Source: Bigelowiella natans CCMP2755 (Eukaryota > Protista > Cercozoa). Taken from it: 49,858 bases of DNA. Numbering within the stretch: position 1 is the stretch's first letter; each line of letters begins with the position of its first letter. The DNA lies in NCBI GenBank assembly GCA_000320545.1, contig ADNK01001098.1, forward strand, positions 1 to 49,858. Reading direction: 5' to 3'. Of the stretch, positions 36,186 to 49,794 are shown one piece after another. Made by a program: the position numbers and the translations under genes. The notes beneath the pieces are model-generated. The model did not search any database and had not been told where the DNA came from. It saw only the letters and a program-made list of their open reading frames with translations.

Positions 36186-37156
36186 TTTCCATTATGATGA
36201 ACAAAGTAATAGCTTTGGGGCTTTGGAGCAAAATTCAATGATATGTTTTCCAAACGTGCGATCGAATTGGGTTCTTTTCAATTTTAGAAATAATTTTGGA
36301 TTCAGCTTGAGCTTCACTACTATGTACATTACTATGTAAAACCTAGCGTGTGGTTTGTTGTGCTAACTAGCTAAGCATTACCTGCGATGCATTGCTTGCA
36401 ATGTCATTTTCGTCAGACTCACGCTAGCACGGCGGCATGTGCAGCAACGGCACTGCGATGTAGATTGTGTTGGAGGGATGCAATCAATGCGTGCAGGGAA
36501 TAGCATCTGTCGAATTCTGCTGCATGAATGCGTGTTTAGGTGCATTTGTGCAATGTGTTGCAAACATGGACAAATCTCACCACGCGTGTGTGTGTGTGTG
36601 TGTGACAGCATTCGTACGAGTTTGAAAATATTTGATCACATCATTGCAACCGTATTGTGATGCTAGCATGCTACACAATGATCATCATGAAACATTTTGC
36701 ACAGCGCACTACAGACACAGTACATTCTAGCATTGTGCGCTAGAGCGGCGCGACAGACATGGCAGGTCATCGCCAATTTGTTAGCTATATATGTGATTGA
36801 TGTCCGCTGATTTCTTTGCACTCTAGATTCAAACAATGACAATGCGAGCATGCACTGAGCAATGCACTTTAGAATTGCTGCACAATGCATGGATTACTTT
36901 GTGTTCGAACTGTTGCGATACTAGAGGCGAACATCGGCACAGTCCTAGAGTCTAGCTCTGCATTGCATGTTTATTCTGGCTATTATTCTCCATAGTCAGA
37001 AAAAGGGAAGAACGCTTAAAATACGAATGACATTTTCTACGATTTCGCCATGCATGCATTGTGATTCCAACCAGCCTTTATTGTAATAATTTCACCGCAC
37101 ACCTATCTGTCTGCAGCAGCGCCCGTTCCCTGTTTCTCCCTCCGGAAAGTAGTGTG

Positions 37157-38033
37157 TTAGGACGAAGTCGTCGTGGGCAGCGATTGCCGCGAAAGAAACA
37201 CCGACAGAAATATCTGAAGGAATTTGTTGTGAAGAGAGAAACGACGATATGAGCAAAGGGGAAATCAAAGTGGAGTTGGAAAGTTAGCCACCTGTAAAAT
37301 CCCCATAAATGCAAGGAAATAGCGCTTCTGATTCACAGTCCCATCGAACGATGTTGTCACGTAGTTCAGAGACTTTAACTAGATAAACGGGGTCGATGGT
37401 TGGGTTTCGGCGATGATTATCAGTCACTTGAAACAGGGAATATGTATGTCTCAAGCAGAGTAGCTGCTGCTAATACTATCGCTTGTAGAACAGTTGGCGT
37501 GCTATTATTTTGCAATAGGTACCAAGAAAATGCACATGGTGATTCCGAAAAAAATTGTCACGACCTACGAGGGAGCAATGAAGGGAGGGGGTGAGTGGTT
37601 TCAGGAAGAGGTGTGAAGTAGGAGGGTGCACGTTCGTTGATTCCAAGGAAAAATCAATGAAGACTCCGTCATTAATTGTGCGTCATCACGGCACAGATAG
37701 CTACTCTCAATATCTCCCACTCATCACTCATCGTATTTCCGACATTATCATCATCATCATCGTCATTTCATCATCATCATCATCGTCGTCGTCGTCATCA
37801 CATAGTAAGCGGTAGCTCCAGCGATCAGCCCAACTACCATCCCGACAGTAACCCTGGTATGTTTTGGAGGGGGAGGGGGAAACACGCATGAATAAATATC
37901 ACGAATCGAGCATCATCATCATCGAGTGTCTATAAGGGAAGGAGGAGGAAGAATTGAAAATAGCCAAAATACAAGGAATGGCAGTAGCAGTAGCTATGTC
38001 TGCTATATAATATCAAATGTATCATATATATTA

Positions 38034-38072
<39 letters not shown>

Positions 38073-39170
38073 CAACATGTGTGTGTGTGTGTGTGTGTGT
38101 GTCAACCCGACGAATTTGTACGAGCAATATGCGAGAAGATCCAGCAGATACGGCCTCCTCACAGCCTCAACCTGAAGAGTAACATATTAGAGAAAAAACA
38201 GAGGTGGAGGGAAGAGGAGGAGGAGGAGGAGGGGGGGGGGGAGGACGCAGCGATAGAACCATGAGTACCATGAAAGACAATCATCATGAGATTCATTATC
38301 AATGCCGCATCTCTTCTCCTCATATCCTCTTCATCTATAAGTGGTACTGCCCTTGTTTTATCCACCCCCCCACCCCCCCCACCCCCCGCGCGCGCCCTCC
38401 TCCCTATGGCGTGCTTGGGATGACTACGATCCATACGTCATGTATTACATTGAGGAACCAGAAGCCTCCCCAGAGCATCATGACTTCGAGCATCAGCATA
38501 ACCATAGCCCAAGATGCCGTCAGCGACAGCACCTCCGGATTGAATCTATAGAGGAGGAGGAGGAGGAGGAGGAGGATGATAAGTAAGTGTGTGGCGGTGG
38601 GTGGATGGTGTGCTGCTGTCGGGCATGAGCGCTGGCCCGTTGTTGTTGATGGTGATGATGGTGATGATGGAAGGCGATAGCAATGATGATGCTGAGAATG
38701 ATGTCGTGCGAAAGGAAGGGAAGGTGGCAAGGAGGAATGCGCCGTGACAAATCGTAATAATATATTATACTACTACTACTACTACTACTACCATTACTAC
38801 CACCATTACTTCTACTACTGCTTTTACTATTCCAACTCTTAAAACACAACGACTCTCATTTCACACACACACACACACACACACGCACACACACACACAC
38901 ACACACCTGTTATCCACACCCAGCGCATACGCGAAGACCAGGATGTACGTTATAAACGCCATCAATGGAATGTATAAGTCAGGCGCGTTAACGTCTTCCC
39001 TGGATAGGGCAAGAGGGGAGAAGGGGGGGGGGGGGGGGGGATTCTTCGGGTTAGAGCAGCTTCGCCGCCCGCACACACGCACACACGCACACACGCACTA
39101 TCTATCATGATGCAACAAGAAGTGAAAGAAAGGCAGCAACGGAGATGTAAAGATACACCTGCTAGCCAAC

Positions 39171-39208
<38 letters not shown>

Positions 39209-39343
39209 TGGGGCGTGTACCTTGGCGTCTTGTAAAGAGCATGATCTGAAGGAGGGCTGCCTGGCACTGGACCCCCTGCCCCTGATAAAAAGGAAGGAGA
39301 ATGGCGCGTGAATGATGGTGATGATACTGCATGGGGAGAGAGA

Positions 39344-39392
<49 letters not shown>

Positions 39393-40668
39393 GACCTAAG
39401 CTGCTCCCCGGCGCATCAGCTTTACGGTTCCAGTCGTTATGGCGGAAAGGAAGTAATATGAGTCGGAGCTTATGCAGCACGTAGTAGTTATCCACAGCAT
39501 AGTAGCCCTTGAGAGAGCTGATATCGAGACACGCCAGGATCTTCGTGGCCTGAATATCACAGAGAATCGCCAGTAGTAATAGCAGTAGGAATGTTGGCTG
39601 AGCAAGCACCGTTGTTGTTTCTCAAATATGCGCATCCTAGCGGAGAGTAACCCATACCAATCTTCTCTTCCCCCGCCTCACCCTCGCTGAACATACCGAG
39701 GATTGCATGATCTTAGCCCCGTTTGCTTGTATATACTGGCTACCGATCTGCGCCGCCATTCCCATCCCCCCCCCCATGTCGCCTCCAAAGCCGCCTCCAC
39801 CGCCGCCGAAACCGGGCTGCCGGAGAGAAGATGACACAACAACGACGCGGGAAGGAGGAGGTTAAATACACACAACGGTCCCCGTGCTTTGCATCTTCAC
39901 ATCATCATCAGACGACGAAGTTGCAATGGTTGGTAATACATTCATCCATCAGTCATCATCGGTCAAATAATGAACGAACCTGCCACCCACTCGACATCTG
40001 TGGTTGCTGCTGCTGCTGCTGCTGTGGTGGTTGGTATGGTGCTGCCCTGTGCGTGATTCCATTGTGGCTCGCGCCGCCGTTGGGCGCTGTGTTGTGTCGT
40101 AGTAACAGACAAGGCTTCAGTCGGTTGAAAGGGATGGATGGGGCAGAGAGATGTTGTTTAGAGGTATTTTCCATAGCAGTTTATGTGCATTAATTACTAC
40201 ACGCAACAAAAGCAACGCGCCGCACCGACACGCCCATACGGACCAGATTGCCCCCCCCCGACCCCGGAGGAGGATGACGATGAAGCGGCGGAGTATCGAG
40301 GCACGAACATTTTCGGCTGTTGGTGCTGCTTCTGCTGTTGCTGTGGAATGCTGTGCTGCTGCTGGGTAGGAGGCTGACTCGCCCAGGGATCGTCTGTATA
40401 ACAGCACACGCCAGGACATGCATACTCATGAAATGCATAATCAATACGATTTTGCATTCGCTGCTGTGGTGGTGCTTCATTTGCACTATCAGCCTTCCTT
40501 GTATTATTGTCTCATGGTGAAGCTTACCAAATCCCTGTTCGCCTTGTCCCCCCCCCATACCGCCAGGCTGATACCTGAGAAGAAGAAAGAGATTACGCGC
40601 ACTTGGAAAAACGCCTCGAATTCATCCCCTCCCCCCCTCCTCCGTCTCCATTATCCTGCTGGTGAAAC

Positions 40669-40736
<68 letters not shown>

Positions 40737-40907
40737 CTCTCTCTGTCGGTATCTCTCTTTTTCTTCTCCGCCTCATAGTCATTAATGTTGTGTTGTGCAG
40801 ATGGTGTCATTCAGTCGTCGGTGGGGCTGTTGTTATTTGTCGTCAAAGTACTGCGGCTGTTGCTGCTGCTGAAAGTTGTTTGGCATCGAAGGCCCTCGGT
40901 AACTCAT
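37157..40907 (-). CDS. YIF1: Yip1-interacting factor Yif1 (ER-Golgi membrane protein); about 14 exons
   Basis: [31 protein letters not shown]; [28 protein letters not shown]; [11 protein letters not shown]; [14 protein letters not shown]; [14 protein letters not shown]-rich N-terminus starting MSYRGPSM. Confidence 0.93.
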
Positions 40908-40940
40908 GCTGTTGTTGATATTTTCTGCAGACAGGGAAAA

Positions 40941-41003
40941 GAAGAAGAAGAAGAAGAAGAAGAAGAAGAAGAAGAAGAAGAAGAAGAAGAAGAAGAAGAA
41001 GAA
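40941..41003. repeat. (GAA)21 microsatellite, which reads as a (TTC)n pyrimidine tract before an AG upstream of the YIF1 ATG
   Basis: Read directly. It is one of many dozens of SSRs in the window ((GT)n, (GA)n, (TA)n, (GAT)n, (CAA)n, (TAG)n), mostly intronic. Confidence 0.95.
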
Positions 41004-41766
41004 GGAGGCATGAAAAACGAAAGAAGAGTGAGAACAAAAAAGATGGTAAAGACGAGCGGGAATTGATGGTGAGATTATTTCCAACGTTTGCCATTAACAG
41101 CGTCGTGTATACCTACCCCCCTCAAGCAATGAACCCAAAATCTGCACTCTCACCCACTGGCTGGCAGATAAGATTACACGGAGCAGTTGTGCTGCCGTAT
41201 CATGGCAAGATGTGTCAAATTCGCTGTCTATTGCATCTTGAATGGATTTTGTGGATTACGTCATCTGATCCCCACCCCAACCTAACCCCTCAATTTTCCC
41301 ACAAAGGCCTCTCTCCACAGATTACAAGGCCACATGATTAGGGTACATAAATCACAGGTAAGGAAACTGGAAGATCCGTCATATGCTTCCCCCCCCCCGC
41401 CCCCCCCTCCTCTAATTTCCATCACCTCCGTTCGTTTGGGGCTGAGGCTGAGTATTTTTTGCTGAAAAAGCGAGGAATTTGATCCTGCGACTGCGACAAC
41501 TGATTACAGCCTAAAATTTTTAAGGCTAATAATTTGAATAATAGATCAATTAGACATACCGAATATATCTGATGAATGATGTCTTATAAAATCTAACAAG
41601 ATTCAGTTGCGTCTGACTACAGGAGTCTTCTTCAACCTTACTCCGTCCGTAATATCTCGCACGAATTTCAGCCCATAAAGAAGAAACAAGAATTGTGTCT
41701 AAAACACATATGCGACAAGCTTTCGCATTAGTTCTTAGGCAAAAAGCAAAGGCGCTCTAGCCGACA

Positions 41767-42171
41767 ATGGCGGCCCTACGCCGCGCACTCGCCTCCCTCA
41801 GAAAACTTCCTGGCAACCGCAAATTTGCTGCGAAATCGTTCACCCCTTCTCTACGGATTCCGTCGTTTTGTAACGCATTTTCAAGTTTTTCTGCAGTTGA
41901 GGACCCTGACAAGAAGGAAATTGTGGGACCCCCCCCCCCTGAAAACATCTGGTTCGTAGAGGAGGATGTCAAAGACAATGTGGTCCCGGAGGAACAGAAA
42001 GATGCCATCAACCGGCTGTTGAGCGTAAAAAACGCTTCTCTTCCGGAGCAGTTGAAGCAAGATGTGGCCAAAGCGATCGCAAAGTGGCGAAAACATGAAG
42101 CAGACGTGGGCAGTCCTGCAGCCTCAAGTTGATTATTCACCCCACATACTATCAGTAGTAGGAATGGCAAT

Positions 42172-42214
<43 letters not shown>

Positions 42215-43014
42215 TGTTGTTATAGCAACAGTAATCAACAGCAGCATGAGGAGACACTCGGCGTGCTGCTGTAGCTCTTCTTCGTGCATTTGTCATGCTT
42301 TCGGTTCATACACTCCTTGCGCCTCTTCATATCCATCAAATGCCAACCTCCCCATCACTTCGATTTCTTTGCTTTGTTGTTTTGTTCATATTGCATTCCA
42401 GTCGCCGCGATGAGCGAGCGTATAAAGTACCTCCACAGACACATGCGCGCAAACCACAAAGACAAGCACTCGATGTACGGCATTAATGCCTTGATCAATA
42501 AGCGAAGGTCAGTGAGTGAATTGCCTAGATTCTTTGTAGCGATACTTATCCAGGGTTTAGCGTCAGTAAAACCGGAGAAGAGTACGCAACAGTAGTGGCT
42601 GCTAGTTGGGGAGATAACCATGTGGTAGCGTTCGAACAACGGTTTTATCCATTTTCAGGTATATGTTAAAATATCTGGCGAAGAAGGATTTTAAGGCTTT
42701 CAAAGGCCTCGTCAACGAATACGAGATTTCCACTCTGGAGCTGATGACTGTGCGTCATATTCTCGCCCCTTCCTAGCACATAGATCCCCAAACTAAAGAT
42801 CATAAACAATCTCCCCATTAACGCTTCCCCCCCACCCCACCCCCACCACAATCAACCACAATTATAGTCAATCTTTGTATTTGACCCGATTGTCGTTGTT
42901 GACTTGACCTCTCAGGACCAGCAAGCCTCTCACCGCGGCTGGACAGAGAGAAATGCGCGCCGACGTGCAAAAAGGGGCAAGAGACGTTTCCCTCCCTATC
43001 ATCAGGTGGAATGA
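41767..43014 (+). CDS. MRPS15: Mitochondrial ribosomal protein uS15m; about 4 exons
   Basis: Arg-rich presequence MAALRRALASLRKL; HEADVGSPAAS | IAAMSERIKYLHRHMRANHKDKHSMYGINALINKRR | YMLKYLAKKD, the S15 signature. The last exon is tentative. Confidence 0.88.
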
Positions 43015-43838
43015 TCATCGAGAGAGGACGACTAGAATTTACGCTAGGGAGGCAATGGTGGAGGCTTTAATTATAGAGGAGGATGTGCAGCATAGTCAGG
43101 GCGCGCGCAGCAGTGCTTTGAGCAAGAAGCTGACCACCTCGCGAGCGCAAGTTAAAAGGAGTTGGTGTATTATTGCACGCGCACATGTAAAACACTAATC
43201 ACGCGCTGTCCACGTTATTCTTGCCATGATGAGTGTGCGTTAAATGCATGATATACGTACATCAGGCACAGCACATGCACGCTGTTAGATATAGCGCTTT
43301 TAGCTGTTTTGTAAGAAATCACATATATGTCTACATATGTAAATATATCAAGAAAGCCGTCGCATACGTGCGTACTAGTGTGCGTGAGCGATATATATGT
43401 GCACATCGTTCAGCGCAGGACACATACACAATTAAGTCCCTGTGTAGCGTAGTAGCTGTACTAAGCATATTTGTGCCTTATCAAGCTTTCATGCATTGCG
43501 CAGTAAGTATGTATGTACAGCAGCTTATTTGGTGACTATATAAGAGCGTATACTTATGGCGCTCTAGCCGCAGTATTATATTGCTTAGCTGCATTAGGGT
43601 GACCATTGAGAAAATTTGATTTTATTCATTACATCCGTCTCATACTTTGGCGCTATAACTGCAATAACAGCGCTGCTATGCGCTTTACCACGCTGCTTAA
43701 CATTCTCGGGCACGCGCGGGCAACCGTTGTGATTGTGATTATATATTTATGTATATCAGCCATTCTAATAATTTTCATGCTATTATACTATCGACACAAT
43801 TACATGCGAGTGATGGCGGCGCTATGCTCGTGTAGCAT

Positions 43839-46816
43839 TTATTTTCGATCCTTGTGCGTCACCTCAACGACGGTTCCTACGAGGCGAACGACCCCCCCGA
43901 GCCGTTGGTTTTGGGACCGTATGCGCATGCGGCCGAGCATTTCGGAATCTCGAGAGGCTAATATTATGTACCGTTGCCCTTGCGACGGTGCCACCACGTC
44001 AAACACTATTTCGCACCAATCGCCGCCTTGAGCAAGGGGGGGGGCAATTTCCTTCCGCTTCTCGAATGCTTCAGTGCCCTCGACGCAGCGGCGGCGGTCC
44101 TCCTCGTCGTCGTCATGCCATCGTATTCTCCATAGGATCTTTGAGACGATGCAGGGAACGCGTGAGGTTGCTCCGTTAACCAGCGCAAACAGCATTCGGT
44201 TCTTGCCAGCCTCTACATCCACTGAGGAGGGAAGGATCTTGGCGCGCACGGTGAACGACTGGGCCGGCCTTAAAATCGCCGACGCCGTAGTTCTGCAGCT
44301 GCTACTGCCATGTCTACTACTGCTACTACTACTCCTTCTCCCACTACTACCACTACTACTAGTAGTAGTACCACCGCTACTGGCACTAGTACTACTGCTA
44401 CTATTACTTCTACTACTACAACTACCACTATTTCTAATATTTCGATTTGAAATTCCACCCTCTCCCCAACGAGCAGCGCCCCCTCCTTCCGACAACGTCG
44501 TCATGATGTCCCCCCTCGACGGGAGGCGGCGCTCAGAGGAGGAGGAGGAGGAGGAGGAGGAGGATGGGGGACCAGGGACAAGCTTCAGCAGCACCCCCCC
44601 CCCCTGTCCTGGCCAGATCTGCGTGACAGGTCCGCCCCTTATCTGGCGCTCCAGAGAGATGGCCAGGCCCACTACCCCCCCCTGCAAAAACACCATCCGC
44701 GTGCCGCCTCGGCAGGCCCGAACCGCTTCCTCGTCTCTGTAGTCAACGCCGGGGTCGATTTGCAGCACCCCCCGCGCAACCACACCCGTCACCACGATCA
44801 ACCCGCCGCCCATCCCTGCGATGAAGGCCCCCGTGACGCAAAAGAGGAGCGGGCCGTCGTTCTCTGCGTTGCACGGCCGCTTTTTCGGCGTGTGAAGGAA
44901 CTGATCAAACCCCTCAAACAGCGTGTCACCAGAGCACATATCCCCGTAGGAAGATGACCACGCACTCCATCGTCTCTGCCGGGTACATCTCTCTCCCGCC
45001 CCCCCGCCCCCGCCCCCGCCCCCCATGCTCTCCTCGCTCCCTTCCTCCGCTGGCCGCCACCATGTCCAGCTCGAGGGGCGGATGACGTTGGCGCCCTTGA
45101 GGCCAATTGATATGGGAATTGTCGGTATCAGAGGCTTGCCGAGGCGATGATGGGGTCTTTGAAATAGAGACGACGACGACGACGAGGAGGAGGAGGAGGA
45201 GGAGGAGGAGGAGGAGGAAGAGACCCCATAGGATACTGCATGATGGCCTTGTAGATGCGAGGTAGACGTCTCCCAGCCCGCCTCACGAATCAGCTCCAAG
45301 ATCTTAGCTTTTGTTTTTTCAAATATTCTCTGCAAACGCGTTGAAGAAGAAGAAGTCGTGTGGTGCCTTTCTCTTACTCCTTCTTTTACCTTAGTGCTGC
45401 ATTTTTCTGCCGACCCCCCAGATGATCCGCAGCTGATATCTTCCATCTCCGAACCTGCGACCCCTCGGTATACTCCTCTGTTGATGTCTTCTTCTTCTTC
45501 CTCTTTTTCTTCGTGTGCATCCTCCTCACCACGCAACAACTCAGCCGGAAGGTCTATGCAGACGATGATGCGTTTTGTGTAGCTGTGCCGCAGGCACTCG
45601 AGCTCGCCCATGACGTGTTGGACGCCGCGTAACCATTTGTCGTAGGTTTTTGTGTCCTTGTTGCGCTTTTCCTCCTCCCCCCCCTCTTCCTCTTCCTCGT
45701 CGTGCTTCTCCTTTCTTTCATCCCGATCATCATCATCATCATCAGCATCAGCATCAGCATCAGCTATGGCCGGTACAAGAAGAACTATGGCGGTATTCAA
45801 GCCCATTCTCAAGTCTTGGTTGTGGTTGTCCTGATAAGTACAAGAGATGTATCAACACGAGCAGCATGAGATTCTGTAATCGCATGCGAACTGGCATGGA
45901 TGTTGCTTTCTGCCAAGGCCGTGAGTCAATGAATAATCTCTCTAATCGACAGGATGTACTTCTCGTTCTGTTGTGTAATGATAGGTGTAATGATAGGTGC
46001 GGTGCGTAGTCGTGAGTTGTTAATTGTGTTCTTTGCTTCCTTCCTACCTTCCTCTACTAGGTCGCCCCTCTACCTCTAATGACCATAGGAATTGCTACCA
46101 CTAACACTATTGCCACTACTATTACTACTACTGCCTGCCCCTGCCACTACTGCTCCTCTTCTATATACCGTAAAGAGGTTGATGACTGCATTCGTTGTGT
46201 GCAACTTGAATGTCGTAGCCGACCCACTGTCAATGAGGCCGCTAACACCACCAGCCCTGCTCCGTTCCTGATCCTGCTGCTGGGTGAGAAGTATCCGTTT
46301 GAACGTGATCATCGATGGGGACTTTCTCTGCCCTGTCTTCTCATCGATGAAGGCCTGGCGCAACGGTCTAGCTATCGAGAGGGGGTCGCCGAGATCGGAG
46401 ACTAGGAGGCTCAGGAGATATACCTGCTTGCAGTAATCCAGGCCAGCGCTCAGAGCATAAACCGCAACTACAGGTTTATCCTTGTCGTTTCTGTTCAACA
46501 CGGTGGGGTCTGCAGGCGCCAGCACAGAATAGGCGAGGGCGATGTCGTCAAACAGCATTTCCAGCCCCACGAGGTCCCGGCGCAGGACCAGCTCAGCGCG
46601 CCCCTTCCGCGAAATCGACGACATCAACTGGCTCGCAGAAGGATTCGAAGTAGCTGCTCTACGCCCTGCGTCAGTAGCACATGGATCCTCCCCATCCACC
46701 GCTATGACTTCGGGGCTTCGTCTACAGGGGGGGAGGAACACATGAACATTAACTTGCCAGAGCGGTCGTCTCGACGTAGTTCTTGACGCCACAGACCATA
46801 TTTGATAGTGCGACAT
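43839..46816 (-). CDS. Highly divergent EFL/eEF1A-family protein with degenerate GTPase motifs (pseudo-GTPase)
   Basis: Collinear remnants: VVAVYALSAGLDYCKQ..SDLG (G1 region), QQQDQERSRAGG (switch I), NTAIVLLVPA, KRIIVCIDLP (G4), IPTIPISIGLKGANV..SWTWW (G5), TLFEGFDQFL..PKKRP..GPLLFCVTG..VVTGVVARG (domain II), VPCIVSKILWRI..GDWCEIVF..EMLGRMRI..VRLVGTVVEV (domain III). Start and intron boundaries are uncertain. Confidence 0.72.
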
Positions 46817-47270
46817 AAAAATGACCGCATTTATACTAGTATACCTAAAAAAAGACCCTCCGTTTCCCTGGTTTCGAAGCTGATATTATTCAAGGGAAGG
46901 TCGGAAACAGTTCGTAAAAGAGTAGTCACAAATCCACCACTCAAACACGGGGTAAATACAGCGCGTTTTCTATCAAAAATCTTGTGGGCTCTCAACGGGC
47001 TGCTTCCTGCTGCGACAATACCCTCGCGAAGCCGCCGCTACGCCATGATGGAGATGTGAGTGGAGAGAAAATAGCGGGGAATCTTTCTTTACGACAATAA
47101 AATATAGGTTATTTCACCATATAAACGGCGGCTGGTCAGAAGCTGAGCACCGTTTCTGCCTGAAAACTGAACTCTCCCCCCTGCCCCCCTTCCCTGTCAC
47201 TCAATAGTCAGCATCCAGCAAGTGTGTCGTTCCGGCGCTTCATTCAGACGTCAATCCCTTCCGCTCAACT

Positions 47271-48289
47271 ATGGGGTGTGGCGCTAGCTCCGTGCCGGTT
47301 AGTCCCCTCGACAGTAAAGATGGTTAAAAACCATGGAAGCGATGATAGTTGAGAGGAGGCGTCGATCACCGTCGTCGTCTCTGCGCATCTACTGCACGCG
47401 CCCGATAGCAAACATAGGAGCAGCGATAATGACAAAGGATTCGCTCAGATGTTACATTTACACGATTCACTTATCATCAGCGCCACATAGCATGCGATGA
47501 TGCACACCAATCATGCAGGAATCGAGTCCGAACGATAAAGATGGCGACGGGGTGGGATCGAAGGACGATGGAAAGATGAATACAGATGAGAAGGTGACGA
47601 CTGAGAAGGTGACGACTGCCGCCGCTATTTTGAACGTTTATCGCACCTCTTGCGCTGAGCTCTTACCTTGAATAATTTCAGGAGAAGGAACGGAAGAAAA
47701 TCAAACCGGTAGAAGTTCCCAAAGGTGAGCAATCAAGCGAACATATGAAGTGCATGTATAACAGTGCATTTGCTGAAACTAGTACACGTATATACACATA
47801 TGCAACGCGCAACACACACGCGCGCGTGTAATTCAATGTACGAATGCACGGCGCATTTTTGATCGGTTCGCCCACTCTGTGCATGGTATTGCAGAGGTAG
47901 CGTGGGGGGCAAAGCACGAAGACTTTTTGATGTGGCAGCTAAAGTTAGAAGACGAGCTGAAGGAGAAACTCAAGACGCGCACAAAAACGATTCCATGGAC
48001 CCGCCCTCAGGGAAAGGTTGCACTCTTTTTTGTCTGCTCATTGGGTTTTGAATATCATTGATTTCGTGCGGTTGACGGGTCGATTGAAGTATATATATGA
48101 TGCTTTCAGGTGTCCACCATCCGCCCTTTCTTGTCGTCGACCTTCCGCGACTTCAATGACGAGAGGAATCTCTTCTTCAAGAACTCATGTCACAAAAACA
48201 ACCACACGCCAGAAACAGCTTCAGTATCCGAGAACACATAGCATGCACTTGTTATCATATAATATACACGAAATGCGACCGCACACGCG

Positions 48290-48331
<42 letters not shown>

Positions 48332-48589
48332 GTGTTGATATTTCATATAAAAATAGGCCCGAAATTGGAGAAGATCTGCTGGTCTCGAGGTTTGTTGCGG
48401 CTATTCTAATGATGTGTACGACGAGAATGACCGAGGAAGCCAGCTATAGTAACGAAGACCCCTTCTAACCGTTTTCTCCTTCACAGGCGTACAGTTCGTT
48501 CCTCTTGATCTGCGGTGGGGGGTGACCAAGGAAGAATCAGCAACAGGTGCTGGTGGCCAATTGTATTGGCCGAGCTTGCAGCGATTCGA

Positions 48590-48632
<43 letters not shown>

Positions 48633-48777
48633 GTGTGTGGAAATAAAAACCTAATTCCGACGAATTTTGTGTGCCGGTGATGATGAGTTGTGACGTATAG
48701 CTGCTTAAACTCTTCGTTTTTCTTAGAGATTCCTCGATATGAGATATAAGATCCCGCGCCTATTCACGACCGACACG

Positions 48778-48808
<31 letters not shown>

Positions 48809-48943
48809 ACACATGTTGATAGACACGATATATGATGCTGTAGCACTAACTCACCATCGTTGCAGGTTTTGTCATCAAGCTGTGCAATGAGGAAATCGAT
48901 CGGTCACGCCCATATTTCGTCTGCTCCTTGGGGTTAGTACATC

Positions 48944-48975
<32 letters not shown>

Positions 48976-49742
48976 CCTAAATTAAATGATAATAACCGTA
49001 TATTCTTCTACTCCCCTCTCCTCTTCCTCTCTTCTCCTTCTCCCCTCCCTCCCTCCCGCCCATTTGCCTCTATTTTCCTTTGCTCGGACCATGAAAAGCT
49101 TTCGAAACGGGTGGTGCTTAAGCGGCGAGGGAGACGAGACGGACCTCGAGCGGACCTTTGATCTTGCAGAGAAGGACTTTCCCTGGCTAAAGGCATGCAC
49201 GCGCAAGCATGCACGCACGCACATGTTTTCTTCGTGTATTACCTTGTGTTGATTCGTGCACTCTGGGAACCCTTCGGTGAACGTGCCGCAGATAGTTGAA
49301 AGAGCTGCCTAAGAGCATCACCCGTTTTCCGGCCTTGTGTCTGCAATCATTCCCCCTTTCTTTCTCCTCCCCCCTCGCCCCTTGTACTTCCACCGCCGTA
49401 TGCCTAACCGACTGTGCCTGGCTTTTTGCTGCTGCTCTCAGGACTATCGCGACCGCTCTGTCACAGAAATCGAGATCCAGCATGGCGCGCTGCGAAAACC
49501 CAACTGCCGCTGCTACTTCTACTTTCGCACCGTTGAGTACTTGATGAAGGTGGACGCGGACAAACGGTCGGTCTTCGTCGACTACGGCGCAAACGCGGTC
49601 AAGCTCGCAAGGCTGAAGCACGCCATCGTGGACGCTGGGTTCGGGGTAAAGTGGTTCAACTCGCCGCAGGAGATGGTGGATCTTATGCACGAGGACATGC
49701 GTGTCCTCATCGATAGGGACTGCGAGGTTAGCTGCACACACT

Positions 49743-49794
<52 letters not shown>

